The position numbers and the translations under genes were made by a program. The notes beneath the pieces were generated by a model, which searched no databases, was not told the DNA's origin, and saw only the letters and a program-made list of their open reading frames with translations. Positions 12,180-25,400 of a stretch of 64,000 nucleotides of DNA are shown here, piece after piece (within the stretch, counting starts at the first letter, position 1; every line of letters begins with the position of its first letter). Source of the DNA: Takakia lepidozioides (taxonomy: Eukaryota; Plantae; Bryophyta); the NCBI GenBank assembly GCA_030704615.1, contig CM060732.1, positions 72,788,001-72,852,000 on the forward strand, read 5' to 3'.

Positions 12180-14163
12180 CTCCGGCGATCCCGATATTCA
12201 TAAAATTAAACAATAAACCGCCAGAGCCGGCTGCCCCTATTATATCCAAATTATTTTATTGAAATATTATCGGGACTACCTGAGCTTCCGGTTCCGTTTC
12301 TTTAATAGACAAATTAAACCTGGATCGCTAGTTTTGGCGGTCCCGATTTCTCTGAATTTCTTAGTTTTTTCTTATAAATAAAATCCAGACCGCCAGCTTT
12401 GGCGGTCTAGATTTGTAATTCTGATTAAAATTAAATTGAATAAAATTGGGGCTGCCAAGTCCCGATTTTTTTAATAATAAAATAAATAATCAAGTAATTT
12501 TAACAAAAAATGGGACCGCAAGTTCAGTCCTAATTTCATCCGAAAAGAGAAAACAAATATAGACTACTGACTGTCCCAATTTAATATCTTGAAAACAAAA
12601 TAATCGCAAATGCCAACTCTGGTGGTCTCCATTTTATCCAACATATAAAAAATAAAATGAAATAAAAAAACAGCGCCTGCGGTCTCAATTTTAAACGACC
12701 CAGAGAAAAAAAAGGAAAAAAAGAAAAAAGAAAACGAGACAATGGTTTTGATTATATCCAAAACAAAATTAAAAAACCACTGAAAAACATTTGGGATCAC
12801 GGCTCTGGCGGTCCCAATTATATCTAAGATAATTATTACAAGAAAATTGATATTGCCAGCTGTGGCGGTCCTGATCTTATCCAGAAATTTTTAAAAGAAA
12901 TAAATCAAGACTATCAGCTCTGGTGGTCCTGATTTTATTCAAAAAAATAAAAAAATAAAAGTGAGACCAACTTAGGAGAAAGGGGACATCCTGACAAATA
13001 AAAATAAAAATAAAAAGTAAAAAATAGGGTCGCCATCTTTGGGATTCTTGATTTTATCAACAAAAATGATTTTATTTTTATTTTTAGTACCGCCTGCTCT
13101 AGCAGTCCTAATTTTATCAAAAAATAAAACCAAAAAATCCTAGACCACGAGCTTTGGCGGTCCATATTTCATCCCAAGAAAAGTAAATGAAAAATTGAAT
13201 CTGCCAACTTTGGCAGTCCCGATTTTACCCCCCAAAAAATAAATAACTTGAAATAGTTTGACAATGTCGTTGGCCTACCCTACAGAATTTTCATGAGTGT
13301 TTCCCCATGATATTCCAACTCTATGGTAGGTATGTCATCTAAAGAACAATTCCAAATCTACTATGGGTTGCTTTGTTATGTCATTTTATGGGGGTTCAAA
13401 CCGGACACCATCGTCCTAATGGCACCAAGCTCCAAATGACCTTACCAATTTCTTGCTAATTTTGAATTTCCCTCTAGTGAGCATGCAAATACCATGCATG
13501 AGCACCATTCATGTTTGAATTATTTTGAAAATATGAAGATCCCATAGAGAGACAGACCTTCATATGTAATCAAGGTCCCCATCCCAACCACCAATCTGGA
13601 CTTGCCATGTAAGCGATGAACCCAGTCTTTTCCACCCCAAATTCTAAGAAGCTGGTTTTTAAAAAATCATAACTCCCAACTTTGGAAAATAAAATGGATG
13701 TTTTTTCTTGGAGCATATCTAACATGTCAGATCCTTCAAGAATGCTTCGGACTACATTTATTTTGGATCAAATCTGCAAAAGTTGTACCCAAAAAACTTG
13801 AACTACGCGATCCGAAACGGGTCGCTTAGGTAGTTAAGGGGTATATATATAAAAAAAAAAAACCCGAGCTGGCGGTCTCGGATTTTATAAAATAAATTAT
13901 AAAATAAATATGGATCATCATAGTTGAAAATCATACCGTCAAAGTTTACAGTTCGAGACCGTTAAAGTTTACGCTCACATTCTATTTAATAATCTTTTTG
14001 AAAATGGGGATGACGGTTTCGATTAATTAAATTATTTTGAAAAATCCAGGACCGCCAAATCTTTTAGTCTAAAATTTCTGAAAATAATTTCTTAAAATTT
14101 GGACTCCCAAAGCTGATCTGGCGGCTTCTGTGTTATTATGATAAATCTTGTAATGTAAAAAAA
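12180..14163. mobile_element. ~2-kb foldback-like insertion with arrays of palindromic GACCGCCA-N-TGGCGGTC units
   Basis: Absent from the paralogous copy (~10640). About 15 degenerate units every ~55-60 bp in AT-rich spacers at 12215-13225, and more at 13860-14130. Ends loosely inverted; no TSD visible. Confidence 0.6.
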
Positions 14164-16220
14164 TGTCAGGTACTTCTACCCAAGAGGCATGCTGCTTTTC
14201 TTTATGCTTGTATACCATATGTAATGACCATGCATTTGTAAAAGATTATGTTTTTATCTGCCCAAAGTGTCTCTATGGTTGCTCCTACTATATATGTGTA
14301 AGCCTCCTAGTTCGATTTTGTATATGCTGGGGGCACTACTTATTTTCCAAGGTTAATTGCTTAGAGTGAGATGAAGTACTGATTGGCCATCATATTATTT
14401 TGTATCTTGTGAGATGTGGTCAATCTCCGATCTATTGGATATTGCTTCCACCAAAGCAAATGGATGCTTGCAGTTTCGCATTCTGCCGTTCAATATAGAT
14501 TCAACTTTAAAATTAATTTAGGTGATATATTTTAGACGCTGTTATTGTCATTGATTTGCCACTACCATCCATTTTTATTTTTATTTTTTGCACTACATAG
14601 ATGCAAAAGAACTTTCTTAGACCTCAATCTGACTGGTGCTTGTTCGAAAATTATTGTCTAGAGGAAATAGTTGAATAGTTAGACTCATATTATGTAAGAA
14701 ATGATTTGAACAAAAAATATATGTATATATTTATATGAAAAATCATAATATATTTATTTTTGTTTTTAGGAAAATGTAGACAAACTAAACATGTGTTTGA
14801 GTTGGAACTTATGCAGGTGCGAGAACAAATAGTTTCGATGGGTCTAAAGCCTATGTCTTCTAAAACTATTGTTCTAGGATGGAAAGTTGCAAAGGTTGTT
14901 GCACAGATCAACGGTCTATCGGATACCACGACGTACAACGAGCGTTTCATCAAGACAGAAGTGGATAATAATGATATACTGGATTTGACGCGGGATGTTC
15001 TACAACAGTTGGGTGTGAAAGTCCTCAAACATATTATATGTGTTGATGGGTTGAATCAATCGCTATTTCATAGATCCTTGTTCTGATGAAGATGATGCAT
15101 TTGATAGTCTAAATGCATATTGTCCAACTATGCAATGAGAGACAACTCTTATAACCTTCAATTCTCTGTAATGTAACGATAACAAAGTCATAGCACCCTC
15201 TTCATGTGGGGAGGTTAGAGTTGGCCCAAGTGTGTTCTTCGGTTTACCTCTTGTAGGTCAGAATCCTTCACTTTCGTATGAACAAATTTTCAACAAAAAA
15301 CCAGCTGGTGCTCCATAATTTGGAGCACAAAGTTTGTTTGGCAACAAATATCTCTGAGAGTTTTATCCTACGCAACATCGAACCTTCAACACCAATATGA
15401 GTGTTGTAATGAGTTGGTTCAAAGATCATATCACTCCATTGGTAAAGTTTTTTTTCCACACTAATTTCAAATGAAAGCAAAAATCTCAAAATGCTCTCAA
15501 GAAATTTATTCAGGATTGAGAGTCTTCTCTTGATCATCTTGTATTTTTGGATGCAAGAACGCAGTTTAGATGGAAAGTGGAAGACATTTATGGGTGGTTC
15601 TTGGAACAAACATTACACAAATGGCAAGGCACAGAAGAGAGCATTATTTTCTGAGAGAAAAAACAAACATAATACTTTTTGTTATAAGAAGCCTATGCCA
15701 ACTCCAATGATCTCAATGACGTCGGAGAACATTGATAGAATTTGACTTTGTGAAGATGAAGGACATTACTTTGAGTTGTGGGGGTTGAAAGAGCCTACAA
15801 CAACTACTCGGATTACTCAACGAGACCGCGAGGTATTCCATAAGCATGAGCTTAATGGACATGACCCGAACAATAATCCACTTTGAAAAAATTCTAAGAG
15901 CATTGTCAAGCCATCGGAGAGATTTGGATGTGGGGTTCCAATATCGATCATTTGATTAATTCCAATAGAACTTGGTTAGTAAGAATCGTGGAGCCGGAGA
16001 AAAATCTTGCATTGAAAGAATTATTTGTTCCTAGCGGACAACAGTTCAAACATTTCAAGATGCAAGTGAAGAGTTTGAAAGATGTACGAATTTTAAATTT
16101 TAAATTTCAAAGCATTATGTTTCTCAGAATCTATGATCTTTACTGTGATGGAAAAAATCTAACATGAATGATTTGTTACAAGGGGACATAATTGAAATAC
16201 CTGCAGTTTATCTCTCCTTA

Positions 16221-18122
16221 GAGAGAAGCTAGCGTGCAAGCCGTTCACGTGAGTATGCTCATGCTTTACACACTAAGCGTGAGCACATTAGAGAAGCACA
16301 ATCTATAACCGAGGGGAAAACATGACCTATTACCGTGGACGCAAACTCTTGTGAAATGAAAAGTCGCGGAAGCTGTCAGGGACCAAATATGAGCAATGGG
16401 AATGCCAATAAGACGGAAATTGGACATTGTTGGTAAGAGTTGGTGTGGTGGTAGACATGATGGGCCTAACGTTGGCAACATAACAAATAAATACTCTTTT
16501 GGCTCTGTTCAGTTAACATAATCAACTGTCTTATAGAGTGTATGTGGCATGAAAATGGGTTGCAAAAATTGAAGTCATTACAAAAAAACGATTAAACCAA
16601 ATTGAACCATGGGAAACCTTAGGAATATTTGTAGAAGCGAGATGTACAGAAGCATTTTTAACCTTTGCAAGCTAGTTCCGGCTATGGAAAATGCAGCTTA
16701 GTTTTGGGTTTCTGACTCAGTGATGTACCAATGCAAATGAACAGAGCTATCAACATTTGGATAGTAGATCTGTCAGCTTTAATGGATTCAAAATATCTCA
16801 AATTACCATCCAGCTCTCTTTTGAGATGGTGCTCCACATGCTACTTCTATGTCAACGTCTCTCCTCCTATATTTTGACGCATTTTCACTATGAATTGACT
16901 GATAAGCAGCATCCTGCTTAGTTGCGGAGGTTGTTCTAATCTTCTGTCTCGCAGTGGTCTGCTAATCTAGACATTGTAAGTAAAACATCCTCCTCCCTAG
17001 CATTTCCAGCCATGCCCTCTCTCGTTCACTTTTCTTCCCTCTTCCTCCATCACTTCTCTGACCATGAGATACAGTTCCCTGAGTAAGGACACAGTGGGCG
17101 CAATAATGATACTATCTAACTGATCAAATCAACCTGCTGCATGGGCTCAAGACGTCAGATAAAATAGCACATATGAACTAGCGGAACATATGAACTGCAA
17201 TGCAGAATTATGTGAGCACCCTCCTCCGAGACCCCATCCTGGCAAGCCAGCTTTCGTTGACAAGCTTATCTCTCTCGACAAATCCGATCTCGTAGAGTGA
17301 GGAGGAGCATCGACCAGTGTCAGTTTGTCAGTCCGCCTCCTCAGTTCTGTCACCTCCATCCGCGACAAAAAATCAGAGCATAAGTTGTGATCGTCGCTGA
17401 CACGACATCTACCCAAATGCAAATGCAAAAATAAAAATTTAAAAATCAGAGCAAAAGTGATGATCGTTGATAATCATCACGACATCTACTCAAATGTCCA
17501 ATGTAAAAGAAGAAGAAAAAAAAAAAAACTCATAAATCAGAGCAGAAATGATGATCGTCGACGATGCTCACGACATCTACCTAAATAAAAATAAAAATAA
17601 AAATAAAAAACTAAACTAAAAAATCAGAGCAGACAGGATGATCGTCGACGATCATCACGACATCTACTCGAAAGCAAATGCAAATGCAATTAAAAAAAAT
17701 CTCAGAAGTTAAAACAGAAGTGATGATCGTCGACGATCATCATGACATATACCAAAATGCCAAATGCAAATGCAAATGCAAAAAAAAAGAAAAAACTCTG
17801 AAAGCAGAGCAGAAGTGATGATCGTTGACAATCATTACGACATCTACCCAAATCCCAAATGCAAAAAAAAAGAAAAAGAAAAAGCTCAGAAATCAGAGCA
17901 GATTTGGGGGGGAATCGTTCCATTTGTGGACTTGTTTTGTTCACGAAAATATGGATTGTTGCCCGCATTTTGACATCTCCTACCTGCGGTAATAGGCCTT
18001 CTGTATCTTTGCTGTCTGCGGTTATATGCCCCATGCGGTCCACGTCACCCTGGAATGTGACCAGAATTCTCCTCACGGAATTTTTTGCTCACGTGAGCAG
18101 GTCACAAACTAGCAACCTCCCC
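16221..18122. mobile_element. Non-autonomous Mutator-like element, copy 2 (opposite orientation, different interior)
   Basis: 9-bp TSD CTCTCCTTA at 16212-16220 and 18123-18131. 16245-16395 is the reverse complement of ~6540-6705, and ~18080-18115 of ~4980-5015. Confidence 0.75.
17365..17905. repeat. Tandem array of ~7 units (~88-bp period) with a palindromic core
   Basis: Unit AAATCAGAGCAGAA-GTGATGATCGTCGACGATCATCAC-GACATCTACC followed by variable A-rich spacers. The 24-bp consensus core is a perfect palindrome. Confidence 0.9.
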
Positions 18123-19599
18123 CTCTCCTTACGGTCAGGTGATGGGATTTTCATGGTATAGGTTTTCTACATCATTTTAATATGCATTTGATATACAATA
18201 GAATGGCACAAATGTTGGGGTATGCATTTATTGATAAAGTGTACATGTTCCATTTGGATTCTAATTTTTGGTGGGGTGGGGAATAGCAAGTGGAGCAAGT
18301 TCAATTCATGGAACAAGATCAAACCAACAAACATTGTGTGCATGTATAATCTTGGAAATTACTTAGTTGTTTAGTAATTTGTTTTGTATGTATAATATGT
18401 GGAATGGGTTTCTTTCTAAATCCCTAGGGTGCCGTCTCCGTTTCATTCAATGTCATAAGTGTCAAGCTATAAGAAATTACAAGATGGTAGAACGATAGAG
18501 AAAATGAATTTATGAAGTGCGACAGTGACCTTGGCCCATTTTACAAGGCATCTTCTGAAGTCATTCTTTGATCTGTGTATCTACTCAGTTCATCCACCAT
18601 TTCCTGAGAATATTGGCCATGATGTACTGTTGAGGGCATGAGACGGAGATGAGTATTTGTTGGAATGTGGGGAGAACACGTGGAGGGTGCTGCCATCTAT
18701 GCCTATTGATGTCCATGGATTGTTTTGAACTATTCCATTGTGACAATGCAAGCTGGCTATACCGAGAAAAACTCGGTTACCAAGTGCATGGTCCTAGCTG
18801 ACGACGTGTAATTTCATACACAAACTGAGGTCCACCTAACTTACTTTATCTTTCATTTTCTCTGCTGGTGCTATTCGAGGATGTCATGTCTACCATACTA
18901 GTTTGAAAGTTTGCAGCTAACTAAGTAGCTAACTTAGTAGCTATCCATCTTAAATGTGTGATGCATTTTAGATTTATCTTTATGTGAGTCTGTCCGATTG
19001 CGCAAAGATGGGTAGCATGTGTGCGCCATATTAGAGCAATTGTGAAACTACTCCAAAAGTATGTAAGGGGCACGGGCCAAGGGCATTTAGGGGTTGGAGG
19101 AACTCGTCCAAGGGTAATATTGACTGCCCATATTAAGTGCCAGTGGGCAGGGGCAACTTAATGCCCTCGGCCCTGACCTACCGCGACGTGGCACCAAATT
19201 AGCACATCTATGCAGCCTTCTAGTATGCAGAACGGCACTGGGAGATTCAATTCTAGGGAATTCACGCCCTGGAGACATCGTCAAAATACACAGACATAAA
19301 TCCATAGGCCGTTAACACAAGCCATCCATTTTTTGAAATTTTGGCAAACCTCCTCTAGTTTGCCAACGAAACATATAGTGTTTTTTTGGTACAAATAGGT
19401 CACAAGCATCGAAGTTCCGCCGGTGAAACGTGGTTGATTTTTATTTTGTTATTTTGGGTAAAAACTACAACTAGGGCCAAAATTACTAAAGTTTCATCGG
19501 CGAACTGAACCGGGATTTTTTTTTGGGGGGGTCCAAAATTATCATCCACAATCTACTTTCACTAGATTTAGGCAGCGAAGGCTCCTCAAGCATGCTTCC

Positions 19600-20140
19600 C
19601 AATTCTTATCCTGGTCTCACTTTTAATTAAATATCTTAGAATACAATTGGTCGTTCTGCAATGACAAGTACTAAGTCTGTTGGTAAGGTGATGGTGACCA
19701 TGAGGTGGTACAATTCGTGGTGGGTGTTTGTGTCACTTGACTTAGTGTGGTTGGTGTCACCCTTGTGTGTCCCCTGTCGTGTAGTTTCTTTTTTTAAGTA
19801 CATTTTACACCTAGTTAAATTTTATGTCATGTTGGTTAGTGTGCTTGGTGTCACCCAATTCCGTGTTTTTTTGTGTCACCCCTATCTATGTCATCCTAGT
19901 ATTTTGTGTAACTTCATTTCAGTACATTTTATACTTGGTGAAATCTCAAAAACTTCATGACATTAAGTGTGAGTTACATCAATTATTGGAGTGACACTCC
20001 CTTCCATGTCACCCTTATGTGTTACCCCCATTGTGTGCCACCGGTGTCTGGTGTCATCCCCTTCTGTGGGAAAGATTTGACATGACGGAAACCGTCGTAC
20101 TATGCTGTCAGAGATTTTCCGTGCGCATTAAATTCTTATA
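19600..20140. mobile_element. Older degenerate copy of the adjacent MULE-MITE, in inverted orientation
   Basis: Blocks such as CATTTTATACTTGGT and AAGATTTGACATG..GTAC...TGTCAGAG are the reverse complement of 20220-20610. Confidence 0.65.
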
Positions 20141-20176
20141 TATTTTTTAAATTTTAGTTCTTAAATTATTTCTAGT

Positions 20177-20727
20177 GGAAGAGAATAGGAATAATGTAAG
20201 AACTCAATGCACACGTGCAACCTCTGACAGGATGGTACGCCGGTTTTTGGCATGTCAAATCTTCCCCACCCTCTCTTGAGAGTGACATGGAACTGAAGGG
20301 GTTACTTTGGGTTACACCCTGTGTGTAATTCCACTCGGGGTTACACATAATGTAGTGGTGTAACTCACATTTGGTCTCGAAATTTGACCAAGTATAAAAT
20401 GGACTAACCAGAATTACATGAGAAACCGGGGTTATAGAGGGTTGCACCAATTGGAAGGTTACACCAACCGGGGTTACACTACAAGGGCGTCCCATCAAGA
20501 ATCGAACCTTGAATCTCACCACCTGTATTGCTATCACCTTACGTTACGCACCACAGCTTGCAACCCTCTTGGATTCTTAAGTATTTAATAGTGAAACCCA
20601 GATAAGAGGGGGTGGGGTGGATTTGACAGGGGCCCCGCCGGAGGAGGGGCAGGCTGCCGGAATCCGGTGAAAGTACGGTCAGATCACACGCGTCCATGAA
20701 GTTCTTACATTATTCCTATCGGCTTCC
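20177..20727. mobile_element. Mutator-like MITE (551 bp)
   Basis: TIR GGAAGAGAATAGGAATAATGTAAGAACT / AGTTCTTACATTATTCCTATCGGCTTCC. Flanks ATTTCTAGT (20168-20176) and ATTTCTAAGT form a near-perfect 9-bp TSD. Confidence 0.75.
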
Positions 20728-21584
20728 ATTTCTAAGTGTTGTCCATAATGCAATTGCTTATTTACTATGTATGTCTTACATATCCTATTTCCGTGAAAAC
20801 CGTGGGACCCATGTTTACGTGCCTCCACTTTTCTATTCACTGGACGTTAAAGAAACTTTCATTTTCATGCTCACGTGCACTCACGTTCTATTTAACCCCC
20901 ATCGTGCCAAGTAACTTCTGATTCCTACTACCTAGCCCCCTCGGCAAGTCCCTTGGCAAGAGAAATCTCTTTTGTACAACCAGTAAGTTAGTTGTTATCT
21001 TCTGTTGGAGCATCTTCCAACAGCTGCACGGAGAATTCGCCAAACTCTCCGTGCTTCAGACCTTAAGTGTAATTAGAGATCTCTAAGTAGCAGCTCTCGC
21101 AGGCAATGAGGTTTGTTATCAAATATAAAGCTGCATCTAGCGTTCCAGAACATAATAAGCCCGAATGGCGGCCCCACACCGGGTGAGATGCCACAGTGGT
21201 CGAGAGTTCCACAAAGCACCTGAGAAAAATGTGGGAGAATGACATCAGGTGCAGATCCGCTCTCCAGTTTCCATATATATGTAGAGCAGCTGACAAAGGG
21301 TCCACCTTCAAACGCCATGCAGTACTCCTTCAGGATGAAATGACACTATAATTTGCACTAATCATTTTACACTGTAAAGGTACCATTCGAGGTGACGAAC
21401 TGAAGGGCCCCTCGCCTTTTCGGGACAAAGAAAAAAGAATAAAAAAGAGAAATCCCTGACAGTGTTCAAATTCAAACTACACTGAGAAATGAACGCCCTA
21501 ATAATTTCTGGCTCGTATCTTCAGGACGTACTCTACGATCATGGTACAAACATTGTAGGCCATTCATGGTCGTTTTGGAACAAT

Positions 21585-21695
21585 CGTAGCCGTTGATGTA
21601 ATTACGGAGAAGTACGAGTACAGAAATGAGATAGTCTGTACAAGTCAAATACGGCCAAAGTGTTCTCCCGCCAGTTTCAAACGGCCTCCGTTACG
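21585..21695 (+). promoter_or_regulatory. Putative mitotic promoter: cluster of MSA-like AACGG elements and an E2F-like site upstream of the kinesin
   Basis: AGCCGTTGA (21588), TCAAACGGCC (21677), CCGTTA (21688), TTCTCCCGCC (21663). MSA/MYB3R elements are typical of G2/M kinesin genes. The motifs are short, so chance occurrence is possible. Confidence 0.4.
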
Positions 21696-22475
21696 ACCGG
21701 ATATTGCCGGTGCACTGGACTACAGGATTGCTTGCCGGTTACCGGGAACTGGTGTCGCCGGTCTCTGGGAGGGGTCATCTCTCACATTTTGCCTCTGTCG
21801 GAATATGTCCTCGTTTCCTTCCTCCCACATACGTCTCACATACGACTTGTAGGGTGATAGATGATACCTTTTTAACGGATTTTAGCAGGTTTGTAATCAA
21901 CATGTCTTTGCATTCTTTTTACTCCCTTTTTTTCGTTGGGAGCTTCCAGATCCCTTCATCTGTTGCGACATTCTAGGTCTGAACCCTCCAGTATGATTAG
22001 CTTCTTTTGTTTCAGGGTTTGAGTGCATTGTAGTCTAGTTTTGTATACTTTCCTGCCGTTTATCCCAAGTTTGCTTCGATTTCCGTGCCATTTTGTCAGT
22101 CTCTGTCAATCGCCATCTGTCCCACCTTCTCTGTGTGATTGTTTTCTTTCCATCTTAAGTTTGTAAGTGCTCGACCACAAGCTGTTGTTCGACATTTTTT
22201 GCAACCTTCCTCTTTTGTTAGATTTCTGCGGTGTACGCAGTAAGCATTTCGGCTACCGGCTGCTGCTCGAGTATTTCGTTTTTGTGTATCCTCCGTCCCT
22301 CTCCTCTGCTTTCGCCCAGCACATTTTGTTCCACATTGAGACTCTCAGGTAATGAATGCGGTTTGCAGCTAATAGCTTGGTTGGCCTTGTTGAACCAAAA
22401 GAATGGTGAACCCACAGGACCCCAGATAGACCCTCTGGGGCTGCATAATATCTGCAGTGTATCTCAATCAGAGTC

Positions 22476-25400
22476 ATGGAGAAAATCTGTGTGGCCATCC
22501 GGGTTCGGCCGGCTATAAAGCAGGAACCGATCAAAGGAAATCAATGGAGTTTGGTGGACAACACGATTTCGCTATGTAGTGCAATTGGCACTCCGATCAA
22601 AGGGCACGCCTATGCATTTGGTAAACTTTTGGTTCTGCTTATAGCATTACATGCAATTTCCTATTTATGTGGGAATGTTACATATTGAGCCTAGGTGAGA
22701 GGTACTTTTTACCACAAATGTTGATCCTTGAATCTGCAACTATCGCTTAGCTGTTGTTAGCAGGCTGAATCCTTTGTGGCACAGTAGACTCCGCAAATTC
22801 CTCGTGGCAATCGCCAGATACTCCACAAGCACCTCAAAGGGACATTGGTGGTGATTAGCCACACACGGCCCCTGAATCACATAGCCTGCTAAGTTTATGA
22901 GACACGAAGTTGGTGTATTTCCGGTTCTTGTGCTGGGATCGATGTAGATGTATTAGCACAGCATTGTGAACTATTCAGCAACAACAACTCAGTATGTTAG
23001 TGCATTCTGTACTACTCTTTAATACACAACAATTTTGGTTCCCGATTTCAAACTTTAAACAAGAGCATTTAAATGTACTTCCCAGTGTTGTGGTGGAATC
23101 GAGAAGGATCAATTTTACTCAAACTTCTTAGGTAGATGCAAAGGGAACCAAACATTACAAGATGGAGCAGCCTGCTGTATATCATTTCTTGACTTGCTGG
23201 TAATCTGTCGTAAATGAAGTCTGTTGATATCTGTGAAATTTTTCCAAATCATGGAGTGTTTCCATCAAACAATGTGATGATAGGGCAGCCCTCTGGTGCC
23301 ATTCCACCAAATGCAGCAGGCTGCCAATTTCGAACTTGATGTCTGTGAAGTAAGAGTTAGAGCTGGTTATGCCACCAAGACAACCGTCTTGTGCTTGTGG
23401 CTAAAATTGACCGGCCATAAAATGTTTTGACCGTCTTTTTGAGCATTAGTTCTGAAGGTCCAGATCCCTCCTTCCCCCATTCCAAGCAATTAATTGATAT
23501 TTCATGCACATTCATTTTTCCGCTTACTGTTCAGGACTTACCATCAAAAAATTTGTTTCCATCCTGCATCTTCTGTGGTAGGTACTCCAATATAGATATT
23601 CTGTTCTAACCACTATAATTTCCAAGAATCAAACACCATGCTGCCGTTGCATTACTCCAACAGCAGACAAGATAGTACATTTTCTAGGCATGTGTATGAT
23701 GTTGTGAGGGACAGAACCCTGAGGTGTATTTTGCTGCATGTAGAGCCTCTTGAGCTTGATGTGGGTGCAATGCTTAATCTCCAATTACCAACTTAAAAGT
23801 TATTGAAACCAACCACAGAGGATGTTGCAGAGTGTATGGGCTGTCCACTTATCTCTGTGCTGGACAGACACTGTGTTTGGACCAGAGGTGAAGAATGCAG
23901 ATATTTACAAGGAGCATGCCAAGGATGTTGTCTTATCAGCTGTCTGTGGTTTCAATGGTATGTTTTATGGACACTACTTACCTGTGTAGTTTCCATCTCA
24001 TGTTGGATCTAGATAATAAAGAGGGCCCTTTAGTACATGTGTTTGTTTTGTCCTAATGTTGCACTTGAGACATGCCAATGGAGAGAGGAGATGGAGAATT
24101 GGGTGGTGAGATAGTTAGTCATCTAATACAGTCTTCTCAAGGTGTGTCATGTCAAGCATTGCTTTGCAAGTAAGAAACCCTTATTGGTGTGTGAATCTGG
24201 CAGGGACTGTGTTTGCATATGGGCAAACAAGCAGTGGCAAAACATACACCATGCGAGGATTCGCATCTGACCCAGGCATCACTCGTTTGGCTGTTCATGA
24301 TGTCTTCCGAAACATTGAGAAGGTTAGTATGCTGTTTAAAAATTTTAGTAAGCTATTTTCCAAATCGATGCATTCCCTGTCACATATTTGTTTGTGATAT
24401 TACCTCATTCTCATAGTTCCCACCAGGTCCATTTGTAAGATTTGTTGAAAAAGGTTTGCATCATAGCTGCACTGGCATACTAGCTTCAGAAGGTCTCAAG
24501 AAATAAGGTTTGATTTTGGAATATCGATTGGAAGTTGCTTGATGGCTGGTTGTTGTCAAATGTCACAGATGACAGACAGAGAATTTTTAATCCGAGTGTC
24601 ATATATGGAGATTTACAATGAAGAAATCAACGATCTTCTTGCACCAGAGAACCGGAAACTGCAAATCCATGAAAGTTTGGAGGTACTTTGCTTCAACACT
24701 AGACGTGTGCCCCCGCATGGTCTATCAAGAAAGTCACCATCCTCATTTTATATTTGTCCTCAGAAATTTGGGTGTTTGTGCAGCGTGGGATCTTTGTGGC
24801 AGGTTTGAGGGAGGAAATTGTTGGCAGTGTTGAGCAGGTCCTTGCGCTTGTAGAATCTGGAGAAGGTAAGCTCTCCTTTTAACATGCAATTTGCATCATC
24901 AAAATCAGTGATTGCAGGATGTATGTCATGCATGAGCATGATATTAGTTGTATAAATAAGATGCTTAGTCTGACTTCCCCTTATTGTGCTGTCTTTTCAG
25001 CTGTCCCATATGCTCAATGCCAAGCAAATCTGTATGAACATTCTCCTGCGTGCAAAGCTATTGTGTCTCCCAGCTTGAGTCAGGAGCTCATGTCACTGGT
25101 GGTCCATATTATGTTGTCATCAATGGTGTTGTGCTGACTCAAATGGGTTGTTGTACAGCTCAACGGCATTTTGGAGAGACCAACATGAATGTGTACAGTA
25201 GTCGGTCACATACCATCTTTCGCATGGTGAGGTGCTGTATGCTTTAAACACCTTCATTTTTGCTAAAAGCATCCACATTCTGTGTTCCCCTTGGCGCCTC
25301 CAGTGGTGAATCTTGAGGTAGCAGAGTAACCTCACGTGATCTGCCTGCAGGTAATCGAGAGCAGGGATAAAAGCAAGGATGGTGATCAGGATGTTGATAC

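Larger units (their letters stand above)
9955..14280 (+). repeat. Local tandem duplication: copy 1 ~9955-10750; copy 2 ~11162-12180 plus 14165-14280, carrying two insertions
   Basis: Both copies start GAACTGATGTCAACCAAATATGGAGGGTA and are collinear through GTCAGGTACTTCTACCCAAGAGGC. Copy 1 also has an internal ~115-bp tandem repeat (10010-10225). Confidence 0.85.

Noticed and set aside
14700-16170. Decayed protein-coding or transposase relic (several short ORFs)
   Set aside because: No recognisable motif; it cannot be assigned without a tBLASTx search.
17365-17905. CRISPR array
   Set aside because: Spacers are low-complexity A-rich and related to each other, repeats are degenerate, there are no cas genes, and the context is a eukaryotic TE.
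18080-18115. Helitron 3' end (hairpin + CTAG)
   Set aside because: CTAG is not followed by T and lies inside a TIR bounded by a 9-bp TSD.
18580-18730. Kelch-like fragment (ENTWRVLPSMP)
   Set aside because: A single short motif amid stops; insufficient support.
19081-19095. Match to the piggyBac-like right TIR (GGGCATTTAGGGGTT)
   Set aside because: Not followed by a complete TTAA and no partner TIR was seen.
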